Both the position numbers and the translations under genes were made by a program. A stretch of 64,000 bases of DNA. Origin: Octopus vulgaris (taxonomy: Eukaryota). The notes beneath the pieces were generated by a model. The model was not told the origin of the DNA and made no database searches. It worked only from the letters and a program-made list of their open reading frames with translations. This document shows, piece by piece, positions 41,199 through 53,453 of this stretch. Position 1 is the first letter of the stretch; every line of letters begins with the position of its first letter. The stretch is from positions 78,244,001 to 78,308,000 of the forward strand of contig OX597817.1 of NCBI GenBank assembly GCA_951406725.2, given 5' to 3'.

Positions 41199-41200
<2 letters not shown>
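40981..41200 (-). mobile_element. ~220-bp hammerhead-bearing insertion in (TA)n
   Basis: (TA)n on both sides; contains the motif at 41034-41069. Confidence 0.6.
41034..41069 (-). ncRNA. Minimal type I hammerhead, U3-A8 variant
   Basis: cag TTGAAAA agtc tcaat gact GAAA ccgg TA ctg: perfect 4-bp helix II, palindromic ACCGGT helix III, GUA triplet. Confidence 0.75.
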
Positions 41201-41276
<76 letters not shown>

Positions 41277-42084
41277 ATCATCACCATCATAGTCGTCATC
41301 ATCATCATCCTCATCCTCTTAATGTCCGATAGTTGGGTAGCTTATATACAGTGTCCCAAAAGTAACTGACAGGTTTCAATTTTTAATAACTTCCTTAACT
41401 TTAAAAATAAATGCATGAAAGTTTGATACAGTATAAAGGACATGATGTGAGAGTGGTTGCTATGGCACTGAGGTAGATCCAGCCACCCCCACTATTGGGG
41501 ACAAAACCTGGATTCAAAATCATGGATGATGATATATACACACACTCACTCACACACTCATACACACACACTCTCTCTCTCTCACACACACACACATGTA
41601 TATATATATATATATATATAAAGAGAGAGAGAGAGAGTGAGAGACACATGCACACATATGTGTGTATGTACATATACATGTATTAATTCACACATATACA
41701 TACATGTGTATAGATGTGTGGATATATTGTTCGCTGATATACATCAGCAAAGAGTATAACCATTGACAAAAAGAAGCTGAAGAACAAAGGCAAAGAAAAA
41801 CAAAACACTAGTGACCATCCCCTCTGGTTACTCTTGCCATCAGAACTTTACTGAACCATTGATTGATCCAGTGGAAACCTATAACCCTTGATGCCATTTT
41901 TCACAGGCTGCATTAGAAAATAAACAAATAAATAAATAAATATATATGTATAAATAATCCTATTATGTCTATTGTTAATAATTCTCAGGGGTTCAAATTA
42001 TTATAATTTTTATGGGGAGAAAGCAATAAAATGGAAAGCTTGAACAAGCTGTAAGTTTCCTTTATATTTTAAATAATGATGATG

Positions 42085-42166
<82 letters not shown>

Positions 42167-42174
42167 TGATGATG

Positions 42175-42220
<46 letters not shown>

Positions 42221-42599
42221 TAATAATAATGATAATAATAATAATAACAAAAATAATATTGGATGCTAGCAGTTAGAGTATCTGGTAGTCGATGCACAAT
42301 TATTGACATTTGAATTATTTATCATCATCATCATCATCATCATTGTCGACCTATTGTCATCTTTATCGTCATCATGAATATCAGCACTGCCATCACTGCT
42401 ACTACTGCTATGATCACTGCCTGTGCCAGCAGCTGCAGCAGCAACAGCATCAGCATCACCATCACCACCACCACCACCACCACCACCACCACCACCATCA
42501 CCACCACCATAACCACTACCACCACCACCACCAAACACCACCACCATCACCATCACAATCACCACTATCATCTTCATTACCATCAATGTTGTCATCATA

Positions 42600-43014
42600 G
42601 GCGCAGGAGTGGCTGTGTGGTAAGTAGCTTGCTTACCAACCACATGGTTCCAGGTTCATTCCCACTGCATGGCACCTGGGGCAAGTGTCCTCTAGTACAG
42701 CCTCAGGCCAACCAAAGCCTTGTGAGTGGATTTGGTAGACGGAAACTGAAAGAAGTCCGTCGTATATATGTATATGTATATGTATAAGTATGTGTGTGTA
42801 TGTTTGTGTGTCTGTGTTTGCCTCCGTCTCCACCCAACATCACTTGACAACTGATGCTGGTGTGTTTACGTCCCCATAGCTTAGCAGTTTGGCAAAAGAG
42901 ATCAATAGAATAAGTACTAGGCTTACAAAGAATAAGTCCTGGAGTTGATTTGCTCCACTAAAGGCGGTGCTCCAGCATGGCCGCAGTCAAATGACTGAAA
43001 CAAGTAAAAAGAGT
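42600..43014 (+). mobile_element. SINE family A
   Basis: Family similarity. Confidence 0.9.
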
Positions 43015-43250
43015 ATTGCTATCATTATCCTTGTCTCATGGTTATCGTCATCGCTATCCTCATCATCATCCTCATCATCATTGTCCCCATCACTATCATC
43101 ACATCATCAACATCATCACCATCATGATCATGATCATGAACATGATTATCATCACCATCATCCTCATCAGCATCATCAATATTGTTGTCCTCATAATCCT
43201 AAATGTCACCATTTTCATCATCATTACCACCACCATTTCCATCGTTGCCG

Positions 43251-43281
<31 letters not shown>

Positions 43282-44636
43282 CATCATTGTCATTTTTGTC
43301 ATCATTGTCACTATCACTGCTGCCATCGTCGTCATTGCCATCATGATCATCATCATGATCATCATCATGATCATCATCCTCACCATCATCCTCACCAACA
43401 TCATGAATGTCGTTACCCTCACAATCCTCAACATTGTCATTATCATCATCATTATTTCCCCCTTTTCCCTGAATTTCATTGAGGCAGACATTTTATGCCC
43501 TGATCTCCCTAGTGTCACCAACCCTCACCTGTTTTCCAAACAAGGTCATATTTCCCCATGGCCAGATATGATTGTTTTTTTTTCTTTTATGGAAGACTGA
43601 AAATGATGGACACTGGTGACACCTATGTACAACTACCACATGATCTGTAAACAAAGAGACACAAGCTCACAAGCAACCATCAACCATGAACACACACACA
43701 CACACATACAACAGGCTTCTTTCAGTTTCGGTGGATTCAGTTAACAGAATATCTATAGCAGTAGATCTTTACTCAAAGTACCCATATAATGGGACTGAAC
43801 CTGAAACTATGAGGTTGACAAGTGAAACTTCTTACCCACACAACCATGCCATATGTTTAAGTTCTGTATCTTTATATAGATAAGAGAGAAACAAGTCATT
43901 AAGCATCCTCCTCCCTCCTCCTCTTCTCTCCTCCTGCTCCTCCTGCTCCTCCTCTCTTCTTCCTCCTCTCTTCCTCCTCCTCCTCTCTTCTTCCTCCTCT
44001 CCGCCTCCTCTTCTCATCCTCCTGCTCCTCCTGCTCCTCCTCTCTTCTTCCTCCTCTCCTCCTCCTCCCCCTCTTCCTCCTCATCATCATCTTTTAACAG
44101 CCATCCTCCAAGCTGGTATGAGATGAACTGTATGACAAGAGGACTGTATCAAGTGCCAGTGTCTACTTTAGCATGGTTTCTATGGCTGGATGCTCTTCCT
44201 AATACTAATCAATCTACAGAATGTACTGGCAGTTCTTTTTGTGACACCAGCACTGGTAGGATTGCCAAGTAATTCCCAAGGCAAAGAAAAGGTCCTTCAG
44301 CTAAGAGGGCTGTAATGGAGAGGAAGGTGGTTCTATGCCAGGTGTCGAGAGACTAAAGTATTGATAGAGGGTCAGAAACAAGTATCTTGCTGTAGAGGAG
44401 ATACAAGGCTACTCTTCTTTCTATAAGGATGGGTGGGAATAGTAAGAAATAAAACGATGATGGTAGTATTGAAGTGTCAGAACTGTACTCTCAAAATGCA
44501 AAAAGGTGATTATAAGACAGAATACAGACAAAGAATTGAGAAGGATGGGTGGATAAGATCGTTAGAATGTGAATGGGGAGTGACAGGTGGTTAGAGATGG
44601 GTGTAGAGGCGAATGAAGTGAACATTTCAAAATACT

Positions 44637-45096
44637 CGATAGTAAATCTCTGAACGAGGTATGAACAGTAGCTGCATGACAACGTGAAGTATATTTGCCA
44701 CTTAAATGTGGCTAACCACATCCACCCTTAGTGGTTAGCCACATTTAAGTGGCAAATATACTTCACGTTGTCATGCAGCTACTGTTCATACCTACCTCGT
44801 TCAGAGATTTGTTATTGCTTGTTTACACTTTTTTGAGGTCAATGACTTTATGTATTTGCATTGGGACCCCTTTGCATCGAAGACCGGTGATTGTCATGCA
44901 CTGACAACGGGTAAATACCCAGAAACCTGGGTCCGTGCGTATCACGTCAGATCGATGATGGGAAGGATGGCTTCCCTTTGCAAATACTGATAGGGCACAG
45001 AAAGTGTGTCAACAGCCAGCTGGAGAAGATGTTCTGGGGCTACAAGCTACAGTAGCATCCACCCTTAGTGGTTAGCCACATTTAAGTGGCAAATAT
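44637..45096 (+). mobile_element. Retrozyme-like/PLE-type insertion: inverted 5' arm, 337-bp unit and partial tandem repeat, with a 13-bp TSD
   Basis: TSD atttcaaaatact at 44624-44636 and 45097-45109; inverted arms 44644-44719 / 44731-44810; exact 42-bp direct repeat 44719-44760 = 45056-45097. Confidence 0.92.
44896..44940 (+). ncRNA. Non-canonical hammerhead-like motif
   Basis: atgca CTGACAA c gggta aa taccc a GAAA cc tg gg TC c gtgcgt; C3/A8 mismatch and a shifted helix I register. Confidence 0.5.
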
Positions 45097-45842
45097 ATTT
45101 CAAAATACTGTTTGAGGGAAATTGCTTGAATTGGCAGCTAAATTTCTTCCTTTGAGAGGCAGCAATAAACCTAGAATCAATCACATCAACTAATTGTTTC
45201 CTCATTGAATTATTGCCATTATATTTTGATAAATAACTTTATGATAATGCCTATTATATATGAACATGTACAAATATATTTATGTGCGCATGTTTGTGCA
45301 GTTGCATATTGAAATTATGTTACATTCTCCTTCATCTCTATCGTTTTCTTCTTCGTGTTTCTCTCTCTTTCTCTTCCTATTTCTCTCTCCCTCATCCCCT
45401 TTCTCTCTCTCTTTCCCTCTCCTTTTTACTACCTCATTTTTCTTTCCATATTCAAGGTTAGTGAAGTGATATGCGGAAATGATCTCATCCACTTCATAGT
45501 ATCCCATTAAATGTAAACGTTGTCAAACTTCAATCTGGCAAATATCATACTGCTTATATCTTCCCTGCTGTTTGATGGTGAGATGATGAAGATGGTAATG
45601 AACAAAATATACAGCTGCAAAAAACATTGATACATATGTATGTAAAGATTAGTCGACATGTATATTCCCACCTCTACACTCAATAACAAAATGAAATGAT
45701 ACATTTTTTTAAATTTTATATTTTTAATATCTTAATAAAAGGAAAAAGTGTAACACTCCCACCTTATTAAAGGCCTCCAGGCTGATGAGAAGACAGAAGA
45801 ACGTTATCCTCAGGCTGGCAACTTAACCTGATTGCTTGTTAT

Positions 45843-46360
45843 CCCTTTAGCATTCACATTGCTCAGTCAAATGTGATATATATTCATTCACAATGATTTG
45901 AATTAATTAGGGATTATCTCATAGCTTTGAGGTTTCTATGATGTGATTGTTGATCTTTTTACAATGACACCAGTGTTGCCTTACTGGCACCTGTGCCAGT
46001 AGCATGTGTAAAAAGTTTGAGCGAGGTCGTTGCCAGTACTGCCTGACTGGCCCCCATGCCGGTGGCATGCAAAAAGCACCCACTACACTCTCAGAGTGGT
46101 TGGTGTTAGGAAGGGCATCCAGCTGTAGAAACTCTGCCAGATCAAGATTGGAGCCTGGTGCAGCCATCTGGTTCACCAGTCCTCAGTCAAAATCGTCCAA
46201 CCCATGCTAGCATGGAAAGCAGACGTTAAACGATGATGGTGATGATGATGATTATGATGATGATTGTTAAGTGGGTGTGCGAGGCAAGGTCTGGCTAGTT
46301 TGAATTTAAAACAGGTGGAAAATTTGACGCCAGCTATGGCCAGTTTAAATGCTAAAGAGG
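45843..46360 (+). mobile_element. piggyBac-type MITE with a nested family D copy (45970-46263)
   Basis: ccctttagcatt ... aatgctaaagagg; homologous to 10199-10683. Confidence 0.65.
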
Positions 46361-46616
46361 TATAGAGAGAAATCCGATACAGGGGACCAAGGAACTGAAC
46401 TTGGTGGTAGACAGGGTTATAGACTGCATGGACCACTCTAAACTAGGAACAGCCCAACTAACAGGTTTCCACACAGTTTTTGTCTGTCAAATAAAACTCA
46501 AATGACTTTGGTCAGCTCGAGGCTTTGGTTGAACAGTGGTTCTTGTAAAGAATGAAAGGATTCTGGGTAAAGAGAGGCTTCAAAGAGATGCAAAGGGGAG
46601 CAGTTAAGTTATTATA

Positions 46617-46842
46617 CAGGGTTGGCCAAAAGTTACCCGACAGTAAATCAAAATTCCATAAATACTATCTGTAATTCTGTATTGACTTGAATGCAAAATT
46701 ATGTCGATCAAGAATGACTTCAGTTTGAACAATTTTCATGATTTTTCATATTTAGATGCTTTATTAAATTTATTCAACTTGGAATTAAATCTTGGAATTA
46801 AAAAGTTTTGATTTACTGTCAGGTGATTTTTGGTCAACCCTG
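46617..46842. mobile_element. Tc1/mariner MITE (226 bp)
   Basis: ~37-bp TIRs cagggttggccaaaagttacccgacagtaaatcaaaa, with TA on both sides. Confidence 0.92.
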
Positions 46843-47320
46843 TATTTAATGAAATTTGACAGTTTCAAACGTTTTAAACATGTCTAACTTTATGACAAAG
46901 AAAATCAATTATATGGACACAAATGTAATTAATTAAACAAAAGTAAAGTTGCAAAAATAATTCACTATTTGGTGGAGGAAGTTGGTGTGGGGGGATGGTA
47001 TTTGTGAGTTTAAGAACCATTTACCCAAGGTGCCACACTGTGGAATTGAGCCCCAAACTAACATATTAGCAACACAGACTTCTTAACCATGCATTAATGT
47101 TTAGATATAATTGTGACAGAATACACAGCAGAACATTTAGCTGATAAAAATATCCATCCGTGGGTAAGTAGCAGAGGTGCCTTTTATAGAGTGCACTGAA
47201 AAGGAGACTATCATACTATCATGATTTTAGTGAAGGTTATATTTGGAAGCAACTAGGAATTGAACTGAGGTAGGAATAAAAGTAATAAAAGTCATTATTG
47301 TGAATTGTTAAAGAGATTCA

Positions 47321-47359
47321 AAAGCATACCGGTTTCGTAAAATAACTGATCACTGCTTT
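47321..47359 (-). ncRNA. Minimal type I hammerhead, G3-C8 variant
   Basis: attcaaagca GTGATCA gt tatttt ac GAAA ccgg TA tgcttttgaat: 6-bp helix I extendable to ~10, palindromic ACCGGT, GUA triplet, 2-bp helix II. Confidence 0.65.
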
Positions 47360-47915
47360 GAATACATACTGATTACCAAACGGTGTCAAGTCTACTAGTC
47401 CCTGAGTAAAAAGATTGTTGTTGCTAGTCAGCCCTTTCATTCTGACATACCCTATGTATGACTATATTATCTAATATGATCTTCAATTCTTTAAAAAAAA
47501 AACCATATAATTCTTTACTTGCCTTGTATATCATATGTGATACATTGAACATATTTCACTGGCCTCTATGCATCATATATGATACATTTTCCCATTTTTT
47601 TTTCTACTGCCAAAGTCTCTAAGAAATTATGAAAGGAAAAGCCCAATATTAATCAAAGGTATAAAGGTCTAAAGGCTAGATAAAAGTATAAAGGCAAGCA
47701 TGGCTGTTTAGGACAAACTTATAAAAATGCTTTGAACAGGCAAACAGTTACAGAAGATTTGGTTGCTATTTCTAGCCAGTTATGTGGCTATATAGAGGCA
47801 GGCAGATTGCCTGATTTCAACAAGTTTTTTTTAGGATTTGGTTTCCCCCAGAGTTTTCCACTTGCATTTCTCACCTTACATATATTTCCAGTGAAGCATG
47901 TGAAATGATATGTGC

Positions 47916-47946
<31 letters not shown>

Positions 47947-48280
47947 TGTATGTATGTATGTATGTATGTATGTATGTATGTATATCTGTGTACACACACA
48001 TGTATAGATGTATGCTTGGATGTGTATGTCTGTATGTGTGATATGAGTGGATATTTGTGCAAAATGGGTGGTGAATGATTCTGTTTAAGCATGTGTGTGT
48101 GTGTGTGTATGTGGTTTATGCATGCATGTATACACAAGCATAATTAAGTGGTTTAGCTTTCATGCATGTATGCACATATGGATATGATATACATCTGTTA
48201 TATAAACACATAAACACGTACATTTGTGTATATCTACATAAATATATATACCTATATAAATATCTCTATTAAATCTCTCG

Positions 48281-48314
<34 letters not shown>

Positions 48315-48410
48315 GTATATAAATACACACACATATATATATATATATGTATATATACATACATAAATATATCACACACAAACACATATATATGTACATA
48401 TATGTATGTT

Positions 48411-48451
<41 letters not shown>

Positions 48452-48500
48452 ATACACACACACATATACATATATATATATATATACATATATTTGTATT

Positions 48501-48533
<33 letters not shown>

Positions 48534-48543
48534 GGCGAGAGAG

Positions 48544-48580
<37 letters not shown>

Positions 48581-48703
48581 TAGATATATATACATATATA
48601 GGGTAGAGAATATTCCTTAGAAACATCACCACAAGTGGCTTAGCATGTATAAATAGTCAATAGACAACATATTCTTAATATAAAACAGCTGCTTCTTCTT
48701 GTA

Positions 48704-48770
<67 letters not shown>

Positions 48771-50359
48771 ATGTATATATATGTATATAAAATATGTGTG
48801 TTGCTCTTAAAAATCATTTTAACCGATTATGTATACATATGCAAATCAGTTCTCCTTGGATTTATCGCAATGTAATAATGCTTTAGAGTTTAATTACCTG
48901 TATTAATTAAGCTCTTAATTAACATGGATTTATCTTTTGATGTTTATTATGCACTCATACACTAGCACACACACATACATACATATATGTATGTATACGC
49001 TTATGTATGCATATATAGATATACACACATGTGTATGTGTGTGTGTATGTATAAATATACTGTGAAGGTAACATATCATCGCTGTCATCATCATCATCGT
49101 CGTCATCATTATCATTATCATTTAAAGTCCTCTATTCCATGCTTGCATGGGTCACATGGAATTTGTTGAAGCAGATTTTTCTATGCCCTTCTTGTTGCTA
49201 ACCATCACCTGTTTCTGAACAAGGTAATATCTTCCCATAGCTAAGACATGCTTTACAATGTAGACTAGAATAGAAAAACTTCACTCACGTAATATTTAGG
49301 TATAATTACATATGTATATACGTACATGTTTGCATACAAATGTGGTTAGAAAAATACAAGAGAAAGAGGACATCTATGGACCATTGATAAGGATCCAAAT
49401 TACACTTTCAGTTCCATGCCTAGTAGTATTGGAGCAACAGGATACACACCTACCCATTTGGAGCAATGTATTGTTGAACTTGGGAAGGATCTTACGGAGA
49501 GAATGCAAATCCTTAATTCATATGCTGTAAATGATAAAAATACCTGGAGCAATAAAAATCTGCAAGACCTCCTTAAGTTTTAAAGAATCTGGGTTAAAAG
49601 AAGATACTTTTCCTCACAACCTAGCTACCAAGTAGGTGGCAGGTAAAAATTTACTCTAAAATTAAAAAGAAAAAGAAAAGAACATACACACATTCAAGCA
49701 TACATACATACATAAATACATAATACATAAATACACACATAAATACATAAATACATACATACATACATACACATGCACACACAAACATATGTATATATAT
49801 GACAGGCTTCTTTCAGTTTCCATCTACCAAATCGACTCAGAAGGCTTTGGCCAGCCCGAGGCTATAGAAGAAGACACCTGCCCAAGGTGCCATGTGGTGG
49901 AACTGAACCCAGAACCATGTGGTTGGTAAGCTACTTACCACGCAGTCACTCCTGTGCCATATATGTACATACATACACACACATACATATATATAGCACC
50001 TAGAAAGTTACACTCCCAGGGCAAGTCCGGGTAAGGTTGTTTTTGGAAGGTCAGCAGTTTCCCATGCATACCGGCCTCCCCTCTCCATGCCACCAGTGTT
50101 ATCCAAGGGAAAGGCAACGGCCGATATAGCTTGGCACCTGTGACATCACAACTCATTTCTACAGCTGAGTGAACTGGAGCAAGGTGAAACAAAGTGTCTT
50201 GCTCAAGAACAAGACACGCAGCCCGGTCCGGGATTTGAACTCACAACCTTATGATCGTAAGCTCAATGCTCTAACCACTGAGCCATGTGCCTTCACTATA
50301 TATATATATATATTGATAAAAATGGTAAGACAACAAAAGAATAAAAGAGGACGTGATAT

Positions 50360-50571
50360 TATCTGTAAATGTAATATGTGACGGTTATTTGATAGCCATG
50401 ATAAAACTCCGAGTTTTGAATGCCGATATGGAAATCCACACCGCCATCTCTTCATTTATCCAGATGGCCAGATAACTGAAGAGATGGCAGCATGGATTTC
50501 TACCTCAGCATCCGAAACTCGGAGTTTTATCATGGCTACCGAATAATTGTCATATATTACATTTACAGATA
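50360..50571. mobile_element. Inverted repeat (101-bp arms, 10-nt spacer) with back-to-back hammerheads, within a (TA)n-flanked insert (~50313-50571)
   Basis: 50360-50460 is the imperfect reverse complement of 50471-50571. Confidence 0.88.
50471..50531 (+). ncRNA. Type I hammerhead motif
   Basis: gataa CTGAAGA gatg...catc c GAAA ctc g gag TT ttatc. The opposite-arm copy (50400-50460, minus) has decayed to ATGAAGA/AAAA. Confidence 0.75.
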
Positions 50572-50597
50572 TATATATATATAACGTCTGTCTCTTA

Positions 50598-50792
50598 AAT
50601 GGTTTTACAGGGCAGGGATACATGCTCTAATTCAAAGGTGGAACATTGCTATTGAGAGAAACGGTGACTATGTTGAGAAGTGGGGATGTGATCCACACAG
50701 GACCAGCTTCATTTTGATGTATGATACCTATTCCTGTGTTGGTAATTATACCTGTCCTAAACAAAATGGCATTACTTTTTGACTCACCCTCG
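50598..50792 (+). mobile_element. Mariner 3' end
   Basis: FYRAGIHALIQRWNIAIERNGDYVEK C-terminus; TIR-like ttactttttgactcaccctcg followed by TA. Confidence 0.9.
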
Positions 50793-51795
50793 TATATACA
50801 ATAAGCTTCTTTCAGTTTCTATCAACAAAATCCACTCTGATGGCTTTGGCTGGCCTTGGGGCTATAGTAAAAGAAATTTGCTCAAAATGCCACTCAGAGG
50901 AACTGAACTCAGAACAATGAGGTTGGGAAACAAATTTCTTACTACTGAGAAATGTATGCATGTATGTGTGTGGTGTGTGTGTCAATGTGTACTATGTGTA
51001 TTATTATGCACATTGCTATGCGCCTGTGGATGTGTGTGTGTAGATGTACGTGCATGTGTGCAAACTATTCTTTTTGCTGCTTGGCCCCCTTCTTTCCATG
51101 ACCCCCTTCAACTATTAAGTAGGAACCCGAAGGAACTTATATGTCAATATCATACTCTGACACATAAAGAATTATGTGCCATGCCCTGCCCAAGAGCCAA
51201 CACTGTAACAGCACCAATGGCTGTAAAAGTAACATATGAACTTATGAACATATAGTCACTGGTCCTTCATCTTAATGTCTCATTCAATGTATTTACACGA
51301 TTGATTGATTAATTGATTGATTTTTAGACAGACAGATAAGGAGGCACTCCAATCGACAAACTGATAGATATATTGAGTGTTGGATGTTCATTTTAGGATG
51401 AAAATACTGCTATATATTTCTACAAAGAAGGTTATATTTTGCACTAATGACATAAATGTATGTGGTAACTTTGAATGCTGTTCACTTATTTCAATGCAAA
51501 GTATGTTGGCAAACTTTGCTGTCAGGTTAAGAAGCTTGGATTGTAACTAAGTTTATGTGAGTTCAATGTGATTGTGAGACACATTTGGTAATTTTCTTCT
51601 GTTGTGCATAAATGCACACACACACACACAAACGTATTTAATATATATATGTATATCTATATACTACATAAATGTATATAGCCTTTATATGGATATTGAT
51701 ATATTATATATGAATATTTAGGTATATCTATCTATCTATCTAGCTATCTAGCTATATGTATATGTATATGTATGTATATATATTTATATATACAT

Positions 51796-51856
<61 letters not shown>

Positions 51857-52009
51857 CCTAAAATAAGATAGGGTAGCAAAATTTTAGAAATTTCACAATA
51901 TGTATAAAAACTCAATAGACAACATGAAAGTTTTTATTTTTCATTCCCTTCAAAACTGCTCTTAAATGTGGTTTTGGACGTTTTGACTGCCCCTTCTATC
52001 ATCTAAAGC

Positions 52010-52300
52010 TGCCTATATAAGCACCTGTTTCGCTAAAAATAGATATCAAAATACTTCTAAGGTAACAGAAGAATCACAAAATTAACAGAGGCATGATAGG
52101 AAATAATTTTAGTAAACATGAATAGCATCCTACCTCCACCAAGGATGCAAGAGGAATGCTGGTCAATTTGATATGATTTTGAATTTAGCACCAAATGTGC
52201 CTGAATCTCTTCAGTCAAATTTGTATTAATTTTGCGATTCTTCTGTGGCTTAGAAGTATTTTAACTTGTATTTTTATTGGAACAGGTGCTTATATTGCAC
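52010..52300. mobile_element. Inverted-repeat element (~70-bp arms) with a decayed hammerhead-like motif at 52165-52221 (minus)
   Basis: atataagcacctgtt...aaaatacttctaag..acagaagaatc.caaaattaa at both ends. Minus strand: aatttga CTGAAGA gattcaggcac..gtgctaaattc AAAA tca TA tcaaatt. Confidence 0.65.
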
Positions 52301-52317
52301 CCTAGTAGAATATATAT

Positions 52318-52373
<56 letters not shown>

Positions 52374-52452
52374 TATTAAAGCTGTAAAACCTTCACAAAT
52401 ATATACATAAGGCTGTTATGTATATATGTATATATATATATATATATGTATG

Positions 52453-52535
<83 letters not shown>

Positions 52536-52741
52536 AATGAAATGGATAAATGAATTATCTTGTTACGGATTATTCAAAATTTAACCGATACCTGTGTAGC
52601 AAAAATCACACCAGAAAAGACACGGTTGAGGTTACGACCATGGGGTTTCGGCCCCCATGCTTTAGTGCGGATAATTGAAGTTTTATATATTTAGTCAAGG
52701 GAATGGAGCCGAACGAAGATTCTACAAAATTCCTTTTTATT

Positions 52742-52827
52742 ATTTTCTACACATGTTTCAAAGGCTGCAAATTCCCAAATTCAGATTGAATAAGGAGACC
52801 ATTCTGCAGCTTTCTCTTCGGGAAAAT
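52742..52827 (-). ncRNA. Hammerhead motif in the PLE 3' repeat region (U4C core)
   Basis: attttc CCGAAGA gaaagctgca...tgcagccttt GAAA ca tg tg TA gaaaat; same strand as the ORF. Confidence 0.75.
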
Positions 52828-53453
52828 CCAGGAATTTAAAATCTCAAAACAAATGCGCAGCAAGCTCTTCGTACAAAATGCTCCCTAGGAGCCCATGGTA
52901 AAAATGGCACAAAACTGTCTCTCAATATGCGCTGACGTCAGAGTGGGTGAAGGCCGACGAAAAAATCCGTTGGAATAAACCTAGGTCAAACCACGGTCAA
53001 ATCAGGTAGGGGAAGAATCACAGAAAACCCAAAGAGTGTGAATATATTCTGTATAACTAGTGTTAATGTTCAAATTGTCTTAAGAATGACAGTTATCTTC
53101 TTTGGGTGTGAGGAACTACCTACATGTATGTGTGTGTGTATGCGCCTATATATGTATGGTAGTATGTTAGGAAGCAGCTAGAGAGAAAATATATTGTATT
53201 GTAGGCATTGCTGGTCAAGTGGCTGATAAAATTCTGTGTCTGTGTGTTCGTCTATGACCAGTTTATATACAGATGACTTGTCAAAAAACAGGGGAGTATA
53301 ATCCATGATATTGTTTCTAAAAAAAAGTAGCAGAACATACGCTAAAAGGGGAGTAATTTCCCCTTTCAAATTTAATTCAAAATTTTTTCCAAATTTCCTC
53401 CAAACAATTTTTTTTCTTTTCTTATGACATCAAGGTGTTAATTATCTTAGGCT

